Below are positions 29,002 through 39,035 of a stretch of 64,000 nucleotides of DNA, piece after piece. Source of the DNA: an uncultured Candidatus Saccharibacteria bacterium (GTDB taxonomy: Bacteria > Patescibacteriota > Minisyncoccia > Phycocordibacterales > UBA12088); NCBI GenBank assembly GCA_964562615.1, contig CAZLUD010000001.1:193072-257071 (forward strand), written 5' to 3'. Within the stretch, counting starts at the first letter, position 1; each line of letters begins with the position of its first letter. A program made the translations under genes and the position numbers. Below the pieces are notes generated by a model. The model was not told where the DNA came from. It did no database searches and saw nothing but the letters and a program-made list of their open reading frames with translations.

Positions 29002-32000
29002 CGCCTACTGATTCTGTGGGTGTTTCTTCAAGTACCACCACTACTCTTGTACTTGTTGCGGTGTTTCCACTTGGATCACTAGCTACATATAGTATAGAGT
29101 GCGATCCAGCTACTGATGTATCAATAGCAACCGAGGATACTTCGCTGTTGTTGTAGTAGGTGCGGAGTATTGCGACGCCACTATCGTCTATCGCTACAGC
29201 GCCAAGGTCATTGTATGCTTCGCCAACAAAGAGTTCGGCAGGGTTGTTTCCAAAGACAGTAAGCTCTGGTGGGGTGGTGTCAGTATTGGTGGTGTCTTCA
29301 TCTACCGTCGTGTCATCTGTATTCCCTTTTGCAACCTCTGCTTCAAGCAATTTGATACGCGCTTCAAGTGCTTCTATTTTATTATCTTGTACACTAAAGC
29401 GACTCATAACTGTTGTATACAACTCTTGTATAGCCTTTACTACCACCGCACCAAGCTGGTCATACTTGACTGTTAGTGGTTCTCCTTCGGTATCTAGTAC
29501 GATAAGACGAGGATCAATGAGTTCAACTTCTTCAGCAATAAATCCAAGCTGTGCGCCTGGCACACCGATTGATTCATTATAAAGATAAGACACAGGGCGA
29601 AGCGCAAGAACAGTATCAAGGCTGGTAGCGAGTGTTTCTATATCATGCTTAAAGCGATTTGAAGAAACAGTACATGCTGCCCCGACGTTATAAAGTACTT
29701 CATTGCTAGCCGAGAGACACAATGCCCCGGCACCTGTAGAAAGACTTTTTAACGATACCGTACCCTCAACAGAAAGTTTTCGCCATGGAGTGGTGGTGCC
29801 GATGCCGACGTTGCCGGTATTTGTGATCCGCACTCGCTCTGAACCACTCGTGTACAAATTCAGGCCATAATACCCAGAAAGGTGCAGTCCTGGGTTGCCA
29901 AAGTCCCCATTTGCGATGGTCATCCCGTATGCGGCAAGGGTTGAGCCATTCGCACTAAACGTTTGAGAATTGGGAAGATAGCCGATCATGCTGCCATTTG
30001 CAACCGTAAGACCAATATTTCCAGTTACTTCCAACTTGCTCCCTGGATTTGTCGTTCCAATGCCGACGTTGCCCGCATTTATGTACGACGCTGTTCCTCC
30101 GTTCGTACTGAAAAGGATGTCCACGTTTCCTGACGTGTCGCGCATCCGATACCGGCTGTCCCCGCCGCCATCGAACCCGAAATCGTACTTCAGCGTCCCG
30201 CCGCTGTTGTTGATGTACACGGCGTCCGTCCCGCTTGGCGTGATCTCGAGACGAGCACCTGGATTGCTGTCGCCGATGCCGACGTTGCCGTTGAATATTC
30301 CAGTCCCCGCAGTTGTTGTCGCATATCCTGAATCATCAGCAAGTCTGAAATCTATTCCTGCTCCGTTACGCTTGATTGCAGGAAACGCAGATGTCGTTCC
30401 ACCAAACTGGAGTCTACCAAAGTCAGTATTGGCATTGTTAAATAATGTCATTATTCCATCGGTAGCAGTGAAAACAATCTTCGTCCCTGTGGAGCTAGAC
30501 CTAAGTCCCTGCCCGGTAATCACATTAATTCCTGTGGGTTGGAAAGAAATACCATTTGTGCCTTGGACTGAAACCAGAATGACTCCGCTACTGCTATTAC
30601 TCCAAGAAAAACCAGTACTAGGTTGACCTGAAAAAGCCATCGATGGAGATGCGGTTGAACCATTCCCCACATAGAGAGTCGTGGAAGATGCAATACCCTG
30701 CACATCCAGTTTCGACTGGGGATTCGTCGTCCCTATGCCGACGTTGCCGTTGTCATTAACTACAAACCTTGTGACATTAGAGGAGTCTGAAATTGCGAGG
30801 GCTTTCCCTGTGCCAGTTCCTGTACCCTTCACAGAAAGTTTTGCCCATGGTGTCGTCGTCCCAATACCCACAGATCCAGAGTTTGTGATGTGCAAACGTG
30901 TTTGTTCAACACCGCTTGTAAGCGTCTTTAGTGATACAGTACCAAGATTATTACGTCCTGATACAAGACTCAAATCATATCCTACATAGCCATACTGAAT
31001 ATACGCAGGTGCATATCCTGCGCTTCCATGATTATCAAGTATTAATTTAGCTGGGGTTGAGCTAGTACGTTCAATAACAATATCGCCATCTCTAATAGCA
31101 AGCTTTGCATACGGTGAGGTAGTGCCAATACCGACATTCCCATTATCATTGATCACAAACCTTGTGACATTTGACGAGTCAGAAACTGCAAACGCTTTTC
31201 CGGTACCAGTACCACTCCCCTTTATTGAAAGCTTTGCCCATGGGGAGGTAGTGCCGATGCCAATGGAGCCAGTGCCAGTAATACGCATACGCTCAATACC
31301 GGTACCAGTGCCGCCTGTACCAAAAATGATAGGCGCAACCGCCTGTGTAACTATTGCAAGTCCCCCAGTATCTCCCGAGCCAGTTTGCAAGGTACCTGAA
31401 AGAGGAATGTCGAGAAGATTCGTATTTCCCGTTGTTGAGTTGTTATGACTAAGAGCAAAAAATTGAGTAGACGAATTTTCTCCCACCGCTACCAGACGAG
31501 AAAATCCGGAGGAGAGAGTCGATTCGGAACGGATAACAGAATTTGCTGTACTGGAGAAGGTGTGGAGGAGAGTACTTGGACTACTCGTCCCCACCCCCAC
31601 ATTCCCCGTCGCCCTATACACATTGCCTCCAGAAAGCGTCCAGTTCCCCACCGTGGCACCAGCAACAAGCGCACCATTCCAGTAGAGGGAGGAGGCATTG
31701 TTGTATAGGCGGTTGGTGGTAGCAAGAGGAGTGGATGAGGCAAGGAAGAGTGAACCAGTCACTGAGGCATCTCCAGAAACTGAGAGCGTGGTGAAGGGAG
31801 AGGTGGTTCCTAGTCCTAGTCTGTTGTTCGTCTCATCAAAGAAGAAACTCGCATTGTCTTGTGATACCTGTCCTAGGGAGTTAGCAAAGAGGACAGAGCC
31901 GGAGGTAAAGCCAGAGAGCGTGGTGGTACCCACTATAGTGAGGTTCGTGATGGTAGGAGAAGAGAGAGACACAGAAGCAAGAGAGCCACCGGTCACGGTG

Positions 32001-32560
32001 GGGTTTGAGATGGTTGGTGATGGGATAGTGACTCCAGTCGGAAGATTGTCTATCTTCTGGGTGAGTCCCCAGACGGGAGTCGAGGGTGGCTGGTATGAGG
32101 AGTAGGTGCCATAGCCGGTGAAGGTAGTGGCGGTTTGTGTGGGGAGAGTGTTTAGTTTTGTGGTGAGGAGAGCAAGAGATGATTCGAGAAAGGAGATGCG
32201 ATTCAAGAGGTCGGTGTTGTTTGCTTCTATGGTGATGTACTTAGTCACCGGGTCAGTGACACGCTCTATGACTCTCTCCGTGATGATGGTAGAGGTGGCG
32301 GTATCAGTCTCCTCTTGTGGAGGGGTGGTGGGTGTTTCTTCTTGTGTGGGAGGTTGGTATACAACAGCAGTGTGTTGCCCTTCTTTGAGTGATGAGAGGG
32401 TGGTAGATAGGTTGTCGGGAGATGACGATATAAAGGCAAACACGCCGAGTGCCACAGATGCAATTGCCACGAGTAGTGGTGCCATAGATACCTTGAAGTA
32501 TACCGCTTTTTTGGGTGTTTTTGGTGTGGGGTGTGGGGTGTGGGGGTGAAAAATAAGCAA
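28988..32560 (-). CDS. Giant cell-surface protein (1190 aa) with Thr-rich linker, tail-fibre-like internal repeats, a peptidase-S74-type intramolecular chaperone domain, and a DUF5011/Ig-like C-terminus
   Basis: N-terminal signal anchor present. Repeated GNVGIGTTSPWAKLSIKGSGTGTGKAFAVSDSSNVTRFVINDNGNVGIGTT units occur. The C-terminal SSNRFKHDIETL...RPVSYLYNESIGVPGAQLGFIAEEVE...KIEALEARIKLLE resembles the tail-fibre/endosialidase chaperone domain. The end PPELTVFGNNPAELFVGEAYNDLGAVAID...YVASDPSGNTATSTRVVVV fits DUF5011. Confidence 0.75.
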   Translation of the reverse strand: MLIFHPHTPHPTPKTPKKAVYFKVSMAPLLVAIASVALGVFAFISSSPDNLSTTLSSLKEGQHTAVVYQPPTQEETPTTPPQEETDTATSTIITERVIERVTDPVTKYITIEANNTDLLNRISFLESSLALLTTKLNTLPTQTATTFTGYGTYSSYQPPSTPVWGLTQKIDNLPTGVTIPSPTISNPTVTGGSLASVSLSSPTITNLTIVGTTTLSGFTSGSVLFANSLGQVSQDNASFFFDETNNRLGLGTTSPFTTLSVSGDASVTGSLFLASSTPLATTNRLYNNASSLYWNGALVAGATVGNWTLSGGNVYRATGNVGVGTSSPSTLLHTFSSTANSVIRSESTLSSGFSRLVAVGENSSTQFFALSHNNSTTGNTNLLDIPLSGTLQTGSGDTGGLAIVTQAVAPIIFGTGGTGTGIERMRITGTGSIGIGTTSPWAKLSIKGSGTGTGKAFAVSDSSNVTRFVINDNGNVGIGTTSPYAKLAIRDGDIVIERTSSTPAKLILDNHGSAGYAPAYIQYGYVGYDLSLVSGRNNLGTVSLKTLTSGVEQTRLHITNSGSVGIGTTTPWAKLSVKGTGTGTGKALAISDSSNVTRFVVNDNGNVGIGTTNPQSKLDVQGIASSTTLYVGNGSTASPSMAFSGQPSTGFSWSNSSSGVILVSVQGTNGISFQPTGINVITGQGLRSSSTGTKIVFTATDGIMTLFNNANTDFGRLQFGGTTSAFPAIKRNGAGIDFRLADDSGYATTTAGTGIFNGNVGIGDSNPGARLEITPSGTDAVYINNSGGTLKYDFGFDGGGDSRYRMRDTSGNVDILFSTNGGTASYINAGNVGIGTTNPGSKLEVTGNIGLTVANGSMIGYLPNSQTFSANGSTLAAYGMTIANGDFGNPGLHLSGYYGLNLYTSGSERVRITNTGNVGIGTTTPWRKLSVEGTVSLKSLSTGAGALCLSASNEVLYNVGAACTVSSNRFKHDIETLATSLDTVLALRPVSYLYNESIGVPGAQLGFIAEEVELIDPRLIVLDTEGEPLTVKYDQLGAVVVKAIQELYTTVMSRFSVQDNKIEALEARIKLLEAEVAKGNTDDTTVDEDTTNTDTTPPELTVFGNNPAELFVGEAYNDLGAVAIDDSGVAILRTYYNNSEVSSVAIDTSVAGSHSILYVASDPSGNTATSTRVVVVLEETPTESVGGEEE

Positions 32561-32579
32561 AATTTATCCTCCAATTTCC

Positions 32580-33314
32580 TTACCGTCTGTTGTAGGTGCT
32601 TACCTCTTTTGTGGACTCATTGATGAGCTTAAGTACCTCGGGGGTAATTCTTTTTACGACAAAATACTCAGTGTTTGATTCATTATTTTTGCTCATGGTT
32701 ATAGCAAGGTGCACTAATTGCTCTTCACCAAGCGCTACTGGTGCCTCTTCACTATCTTGCGTATAGACACGCCAGGTACCATGTTGAATCTCGCTACCCT
32801 CTCTATAATCGACAAATGTGCTCTGCATAAACTCTCGAACGAGCGTTGGCTCGTCAGCGGATTGCCATCGGTCAACCAGACTCTCTGCTGCAATCTTTAC
32901 AATATCAACAGCATCACCTCCCCCTTCTGCCGCATCACCAAAATTAAATGGTGCCAAATTAGGATCAAATGGTTGTGCGCACAACGTAACGGTGTTTGTA
33001 GATTTGTTGGTAACGGTTACCCCCTCACCTGCAAATACATACGCATACTCAGCATCTTCAAATCTGTATCCATACCCCTCTACTTGTGGGAGTGTTCGTG
33101 TCAAAACACCATCGACAATAACTTCTAGCGATGTGCTTGAGGGAAACTCTGCAATAAAGTAACTGGTATCGTTACATATCATTGATATAGAAATGCGTTG
33201 TGTTTGTGAATCCTCAATCACATTCTCTTGCTCTATGCGGGTGCTATGGATATACGCAACATACCCAACTCCCACCATTACTACTACCAAAAGAGTAAAA
33301 ATTGCCTTATTCAT
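32580..33314 (-). CDS. Secreted/membrane-anchored hypothetical protein
   Basis: N-terminal TM/signal helix. Acidic 244-aa product with no recognisable domain. Confidence 0.45.
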   Translation of the reverse strand: MNKAIFTLLVVVMVGVGYVAYIHSTRIEQENVIEDSQTQRISISMICNDTSYFIAEFPSSTSLEVIVDGVLTRTLPQVEGYGYRFEDAEYAYVFAGEGVTVTNKSTNTVTLCAQPFDPNLAPFNFGDAAEGGGDAVDIVKIAAESLVDRWQSADEPTLVREFMQSTFVDYREGSEIQHGTWRVYTQDSEEAPVALGEEQLVHLAITMSKNNESNTEYFVVKRITPEVLKLINESTKEVSTYNRR

Positions 33315-33389
33315 CTAAGTCAAAATACGTATTACTAATAGTAGCTTTATACAATCATGCCATACGTGCGTGTCAAACAAACCTACGCA

Positions 33390-33974
33390 TTAGAGAAAGC
33401 GAATTGATTCTATAAGAGGAGAAAAATCACGGCGAATATCAGTCTGCTCATCAATAAATTGACCAGTTATAACGTATATCATGCCATTATGCGCAATCAC
33501 TACATTTTCTGATACATACAGACCATCTGCCATATACCGTATCGCACTAGCACCAGCTACCGTGATATCACCACGCTCTCCCTGCAACTGATTGATAGTA
33601 CTGTACTGGGGATTTTTTTCTGCCCATGCAAGAGGCGAAAGATTTTCGCTATTAGTGTAGAGTGCAACAGATATGACTGGCGAGGCTTCTCCTCCTAGTG
33701 GCGGAGCCTCGGTAGCATCCTCTGATGGGATAAGTACAATAGTTTTTATTGGCTCTTCATCTGTAGCAACTGGTACCCTCTCTTCTGTTACATACCCCTC
33801 AATGCCTGTTTTATAGTCAAAGACTATTCCTCCACGAGAGTCCTGATACGTTGCAATCATCGCCTCATTGAGACTTGCAGCATCTTTTTTGTCTTCACTT
33901 TTATCAGCAAAAATTACGTAGTACCCAAGCAGTACCACGATACTACTAGTCACAATTGCAAATAATACTTTCAT
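33390..33974 (-). CDS. Secreted hypothetical protein
   Basis: N-terminal signal/TM helix. No recognisable domain. Confidence 0.45.
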   Translation of the reverse strand: MKVLFAIVTSSIVVLLGYYVIFADKSEDKKDAASLNEAMIATYQDSRGGIVFDYKTGIEGYVTEERVPVATDEEPIKTIVLIPSEDATEAPPLGGEASPVISVALYTNSENLSPLAWAEKNPQYSTINQLQGERGDITVAGASAIRYMADGLYVSENVVIAHNGMIYVITGQFIDEQTDIRRDFSPLIESIRFL

Positions 33975-33988
33975 ATACGTAGTATATC

Positions 33989-34381
33989 TTATTTGTGTGT
34001 GCCACCACTTGCGAGCGTGGCGATAACTTTTTTTATTTGATCACTATATGCCGCTTTGGCTTTTGTTGATGTGAGTGACCCTACCACATCTCTTCGAGCG
34101 TCTGGTGATAAGTTTTTCCACGCTGTCTTTGCTTTTTGATTTTTGTTTAACGCGGTATACAAATCGATAGGCACCACCGCATAGCAACATGGTCGGCGTT
34201 TTCCTGAAAGAAGCTTGTCGCCCATTTGTTCTATCCGGCGGTTACGAGTCTCTTGTTGCTTTGCTGACTCTATCCACTGTATAAAGTCATACTGCGCTAT
34301 TGGTGTTAATGTCTTCCATATCTGAGACACCGCCTTATTGCTATCCAATGATCGCTGTATATCTATAGCTATCTTTTTCAT
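33989..34381 (-). CDS. YdeI/OmdA-like (DUF1801-related) small protein
   Basis: YDFIQWIESAKQQETRNRRIEQMGDKLLSGKRRP fits the OmdA C-terminal motif. Confidence 0.5.
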   Translation of the reverse strand: MKKIAIDIQRSLDSNKAVSQIWKTLTPIAQYDFIQWIESAKQQETRNRRIEQMGDKLLSGKRRPCCYAVVPIDLYTALNKNQKAKTAWKNLSPDARRDVVGSLTSTKAKAAYSDQIKKVIATLASGGTHK

Positions 34382-34391
34382 ATTGTTGATA

Positions 34392-34850
34392 TCACTTTTT
34401 GCCTCCTAATCGTTGTATGTAGGTAAAGTGTTTTTTTGTAACGGGCATTACAGAGAGTCGAAGGCCGGGTTCACGTAGTTGTATCCCCTCAAGAGCTGGG
34501 TCAGATTTTATTATGGCAAGAGACACTGGCTTGTTGCAGTGCTCTACATAGGCAATGTCAGGACAATACCATAGTGGTTTTTCTTTTGTTGCCTTTGGGT
34601 CAAAGTAGTGATTGTTGTTATCAAACTGTGACGGATCAGGATATGCTGCTTTTTGTACTTGTCCTATTCCATACACTCCTTTATGCGCGGTACTTGAATG
34701 GTAGATAAGCACACCATCCCCCACCTCCATCGCGCGCAAAAAATTGCGCGCTTGGTAGTTACGCACCCCTTCCCATGGAGTCTTTTTATCGCGCGCAAGA
34801 TCATCTATCGAATATGCTTCCGGCTCTGTTTTTACAATCCAGTAGTTCAT
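34392..34850 (-). CDS. EVE (PUA-like) domain protein
   Basis: N-terminus NYWIVKTEPEAYSIDDL...WEGVRNYQARNFLRAMEVGDGVLIYHS is the EVE signature. Confidence 0.75.
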   Translation of the reverse strand: MNYWIVKTEPEAYSIDDLARDKKTPWEGVRNYQARNFLRAMEVGDGVLIYHSSTAHKGVYGIGQVQKAAYPDPSQFDNNNHYFDPKATKEKPLWYCPDIAYVEHCNKPVSLAIIKSDPALEGIQLREPGLRLSVMPVTKKHFTYIQRLGGKK

Positions 34851-34890
34851 GAGGTTGTTCCTAAATGTATGGATACTTGTACAAGGCTAC

Positions 34891-35373
34891 TTATGCAGTA
34901 CCTTTTCGTGCCGCCTCAATGGTGGCGATATCAATTTTTTTCATTGTCATCATTGCATCAAAGACTCGTTTTGTTTCATCCCCACCAGCGGATAGCCCCG
35001 AGAGTAGCGCGCGCGGCGCTATCTGCCACGATACTCCCCACGCATCTTTGCACCATCCACACTCACTCTCTTTTCCTCCATTACCTACTATCGCATTCCA
35101 ATATCTATCAGTTTCTTCTTGATCATCGGTAGCAATTTGAAAAGAGAATGCTTCGCTTTGTGGAAACATAGGACCACCATTAAGCCCCATGCATGGGATA
35201 CCGAGTACAGAAAACTCAACCGTGAGTGCTTCACCTTTTACTCCACCCGGAAAATCTGAAGGTGCATAAAACACCTCGCCCACCGCACTATCAGGAAATG
35301 TTGCTGCATAAAATGTTGCCGCCTCAAGCGCCCCCTTCTCAAACCATAGGCACACGGTATTTTTTGATTGCAT
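34891..35373 (-). CDS. VOC-superfamily PhnB-like / 3-demethylubiquinone-9 3-methyltransferase-domain protein
   Basis: Contains CLWFEKGALEAATFY...CGWCKDAWGVSWQI. Confidence 0.65.
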   Translation of the reverse strand: MQSKNTVCLWFEKGALEAATFYAATFPDSAVGEVFYAPSDFPGGVKGEALTVEFSVLGIPCMGLNGGPMFPQSEAFSFQIATDDQEETDRYWNAIVGNGGKESECGWCKDAWGVSWQIAPRALLSGLSAGGDETKRVFDAMMTMKKIDIATIEAARKGTA

Positions 35374-35503
35374 ATGTTGTTGTAATTTTTAATACGATAT
35401 ATCCCAATCTCTGTATGTATAAACTACTCACTCACGAGTGTACCATGTACACAGAGCCCCGACACGTACGTGTCGGGGCTCTTCTCTTCACTTGCGCGTC
35501 ATC

Positions 35504-36384
35504 TTAGCATAACAACGCTCTCTTGCTTTTCATACTTTCTACAATGTGGGTAGGCGCCCATGGTCTGCGCAACTGCAGTGCACCAAAGCTCACTGCATGA
35601 GCTCCCATCTTAAAAAGCGTACCAACATCTGCCTCACTCATAGCACTTGGTGCTATGACCGGAAGGGATCCTTGCGCTACAAGCTCCCCCACTGCCATCC
35701 AATTTCTATGCTGTGCTGGTGCACCCGATACTCCACCACCCCCACCACCAACACGCATCTCTAGTGCAGCAAGCGGTGTACGACTATGTGGAAATACCAT
35801 ATTCCACGGTACGCTGTTAAGTGATATCGCCCCAACAACACCACGCAACGCTGCAGCAATACTTATACACCCCTGGTCAACTGAAACTTTAATGATAATT
35901 GGGTGTTGTGATGCCACCTTCACCGCTCTCACCGAAGAAAGAATGTTTTGTATAGATTCTCTCGCCTCCCCACATTTGGACAAGAAAGATTGACCTCAAT
36001 GCCAACAAGAGGAATCCTGTTCAGCATTCTAGCCATCTCAACCAATTCCTCTTCTTTTCCATGTATTGAGACAACGATATTGTTGTCTCTGAAATTGATT
36101 GTTGGTGCAATCTTATTTAGCCAATAGATAATACCGGGATTGGTTAGCCCAATCTTATTCACCATACCGCCATCAATAAAGCGGACACTCCCTAAAGGAT
36201 TCCACCAGGTAAAGTTTCCTTTCAAGGGTTTAAGTGTCAACGTCTTTGTGACAATGGTGAATAGGTTTGGCTTTATGGCCCCACACCAAACAAGCGGCCG
36301 CTGGAAAAACCATCCATCTCCATACCCAAACGAGCTACTAGAAAGGACATGCTCAAAAGAGTGCCCGTTTGAAAGTGTAATCAT
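35504..36384 (-). pseudogene. pyrD: Dihydroorotate dehydrogenase-like gene split across two overlapping frames (35929..36384 and 35504..35983), frameshifted
   Basis: The upstream ORF has GLTNPGIIYWLN...VNLSCPNVG (DHODH/DPD family). The downstream ORF continues with KVSVDQ...GAISLNSV...GAHAVSFGALQL. The two overlap by 55 nt in different frames. This is either a genuine disabling mutation or an assembly error. Confidence 0.5.
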
Positions 36385-36467
36385 GACACACTCCTCTTCT
36401 GGGTTACCACATCTGCATCCGAAACAAGCCTACCTGCGCCACGCCATTCGTCAATATCTATTTATGT

Positions 36468-36719
36468 TTACTTCTTTTTCCACCGTGGGGCGAAGCCAGC
36501 TATAAACGCAAAAAAGTGCGCTTTGATTCTGCTTTCTCCCCTCGCAACAATAGCCTTAACCATTTCCTTTTTAAACTCATTTAGATCAGTCCCTTCGTAG
36601 CAGAGCTTTCCATTGTTAAAACAATAACTACAATACTGCACTGACTCGCGCTTGTCACCGAGTGGATCTTTGTTAAACGGCATCAAACAACTTTCACACA
36701 TTGCATTATCTGTTTTCAT
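36468..36719 (-). CDS. Small zinc-ribbon domain protein
   Basis: Two cysteine pairs CESC and CSYC are spaced ~20 aa apart. Confidence 0.5.
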   Translation of the reverse strand: MKTDNAMCESCLMPFNKDPLGDKRESVQYCSYCFNNGKLCYEGTDLNEFKKEMVKAIVARGESRIKAHFFAFIAGFAPRWKKK

Positions 36720-36795
36720 GTTTTTATATCCTCATTATACACAAAACTCGTAGCGGGTAGATGATGCCCTTTTCAACTAACACACTTAAGCAAGA

Positions 36796-37188
36796 TTATT
36801 TTTTATCCTTCATAATAGCAACGCTCTTCTTAACCAATTTTTTTATTAGACCTAATGGAAGCTTGTCTTTTTCAGAAAAACTGATGATTGATTTTGTTGT
36901 TTTGTACTTTGATACTTCTTTCGCATAATCTTCTAATGCCGGTGGTCTCACATGCAATCTTACGAATGGCTTTTTATAGCTAAACCAGGCAAACATGCCA
37001 TCATAATCGTATCCACCATTGTATGAGTATCCGGGCATATCAAAATAATCTGTCCTTTCTTGTGCGGATGGTGCAGCTTTTTTAATTTCAGTCCGTATGG
37101 CATTCAGATGTAATTGCGCTTCTTTTGGGCACAATGCAATATACTCCTCAACTGTTTTTTCCTTTTTGTTTGGTTTAATACGTAACAT
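36796..37188 (-). CDS. DUF1801 (YdhG-like) domain protein
   Basis: Size and the pattern APSAQERTDYFDMPGYSYNG...FAWFSYKKPFVRLHV are typical of DUF1801. Confidence 0.55.
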   Translation of the reverse strand: MLRIKPNKKEKTVEEYIALCPKEAQLHLNAIRTEIKKAAPSAQERTDYFDMPGYSYNGGYDYDGMFAWFSYKKPFVRLHVRPPALEDYAKEVSKYKTTKSIISFSEKDKLPLGLIKKLVKKSVAIMKDKK

Positions 37189-37227
37189 ATCTTTATGTTA
37201 CTAGGAGCCGAGCATACATCAAACTGG

Positions 37228-37250
37228 CTGCCAGACTTGGATTCTAACTA
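37228..37250. repeat. Degenerate direct repeat of the tRNA-Gln 3' end (putative distal att-like boundary of an AT-rich island)
   Basis: gctgccagacttggattctaacta matches gctgccggacttggactcgaacca (41617..41640) at 20 of 24 positions. This is my own manual alignment. Confidence 0.35.
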
Positions 37251-39035
37251 TCTCGGTCTAGAACCAGAATATGCCTTAAAATATAGGTTCGCGTCTAGAG
37301 AAGTCCATATCTCTTCTGGTTTTTCCTCATCAATAAAAATTCTCATCCACAACTCTAGACTCAAAAGAATCCATATAATTTCTGAATTATCCTTTTCTTG
37401 TCTTAGATGCTCACATATACACTCACGTATATTGGAATAATTTAAGTAATCTCTTTCTATTCTTGGATGCATGAAAAACTGAAGATACCTCCCTAGTCCC
37501 TGATCGTCCCTTAACCATTCAGAAATGGGTAAACCAAACCCGCATTTTTTACGAAAAACAACATTGGCTGGTAAATATTTACTTGCGAGATTTTTTAAAA
37601 TAATCTTACTTTCTATATCGCTGACCTTTTGTGAATCTAACAATCTAAGAGCAAAATTGAGCAAACGAGGATCTAAAAATGGAAAACGATTTTCGACCGT
37701 AGACGCCATACCCATCTTGTCTTGTCTTAAGAGTAGAGAAGGGAGGAATGTCTGTAGATCATAATTCCCTAATTTCTGCATACTACTTTTTCCTTTCACA
37801 CCATCAACGATTAATTCTCTATGCTCAATTTTGGTCTTATCTATCTTAAAGAATCGTTGCACATCTACTTCAGTAGAAAAACTATTAGAATAAAATATTG
37901 ATTTTCTGTCATTTTTTGGCAAAATCTTTCTATATCTATTGTAACCTCCAAATAACTCATCCGCTCCCTCACCACTCAACAAGACTTTCACGTAACCTGA
38001 AGCAGTGTTACTTAACAGCATTAACGGCACTGTGTTAGGGTATGCAATTGGTTCATCCAGATGATAGGTGGCAATAGGGTAATTTTTACAAAAATAATTT
38101 TGATCAAAGACAATCTCGTGGTGTGTAGTGCCTAACAATTTTGAAACTTCTCTTGAGTATTCAAACTCATTCCATTTTGAATCATTGAGTCCAATGGAAA
38201 AAGAATGAATATCTTTTTGATTTAAAACTTTTTTTGCCAGTGAACTGATTAGACTTGAATCTACTCCACCACTAAGCTGAAATCCAACTGGAACATCTGA
38301 TAAAACATGCTCTGAAACACTCTTTGTTAACAATTCTTCAATGTCGGACTCAGCAACATCGACATACTCAGAGTACCTACTCTGAACCAGAGAATCGCTC
38401 TCAAGGTCATATTCAACTATTGCCGATGGCGCTAATTTATATACACTTTTTATCATAGTTTCTGAGCCTGAGATGACTCTAAATACACAGTACTCAAATA
38501 GATGTTCTTCATTTAACAAAAAATCGAATCCTGGTAAATGTCTGAAGGTTTTTAACTCTGATGACCAGGCGAACCAGTCTTCAGTATTTAAATAATAGAG
38601 TGGCTTAATACCAAACCTGTCAACGGAAAGAGTTACCTTATTAAATGTCGGTTCATAGAAACTAACTGCAAACATTCCTCTAATTAATTCAAAAACTTTT
38701 TTATCATGCTTTTTATAGGCCAATAGCAGAGTTTCTGTATCGGAATCAGTCTTATACATAAGTGGATTCTCCCTCATCTCAAGATGATTATATACTTCTC
38801 CATTATAAGAAATTACCAAGTTACCATCTTCGGTCGCCAGTGGCTGATTGGCTTTTTCTGACAAATCAAGTATTGCCAATCGATTGTGCCCAATAACAAC
38901 TCCATTGTTTTCATATATTCCAGATGCATCTCGTCCTCTATATTTTATTTCGTCCAACATCCTATTTGCGAGAGTTTTTCTCTCATCCACCGATAATTGC
39001 TTTTTCTTATCGACTAATCCTATTATTCCGCACAT
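37248..39035 (-). CDS. Asparagine synthase (glutamine-hydrolysing) family protein
   Basis: N-terminus MCGIIGL is the class-II amidotransferase Cys2. The PP-loop SGGVDSS lies in the synthetase domain. Codon usage is AT-rich. Confidence 0.85.
   Translation of the reverse strand: MCGIIGLVDKKKQLSVDERKTLANRMLDEIKYRGRDASGIYENNGVVIGHNRLAILDLSEKANQPLATEDGNLVISYNGEVYNHLEMRENPLMYKTDSDTETLLLAYKKHDKKVFELIRGMFAVSFYEPTFNKVTLSVDRFGIKPLYYLNTEDWFAWSSELKTFRHLPGFDFLLNEEHLFEYCVFRVISGSETMIKSVYKLAPSAIVEYDLESDSLVQSRYSEYVDVAESDIEELLTKSVSEHVLSDVPVGFQLSGGVDSSLISSLAKKVLNQKDIHSFSIGLNDSKWNEFEYSREVSKLLGTTHHEIVFDQNYFCKNYPIATYHLDEPIAYPNTVPLMLLSNTASGYVKVLLSGEGADELFGGYNRYRKILPKNDRKSIFYSNSFSTEVDVQRFFKIDKTKIEHRELIVDGVKGKSSMQKLGNYDLQTFLPSLLLRQDKMGMASTVENRFPFLDPRLLNFALRLLDSQKVSDIESKIILKNLASKYLPANVVFRKKCGFGLPISEWLRDDQGLGRYLQFFMHPRIERDYLNYSNIRECICEHLRQEKDNSEIIWILLSLELWMRIFIDEEKPEEIWTSLDANLYFKAYSGSRPR

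Noticed and set aside
29160-32549. Seven plus-strand ORFs (29160..29582, 29988..30626, 30681..30989, 31122..31448, 31445..31708, 31698..32105, 32118..32549) within the giant surface-protein gene
   Set aside because: They are antisense to a strongly supported 1190-aa coding sequence. They arise from its low-complexity Thr/Gly/Pro-rich repeats. Two of them are near-duplicates because of the internal DNA repeat.
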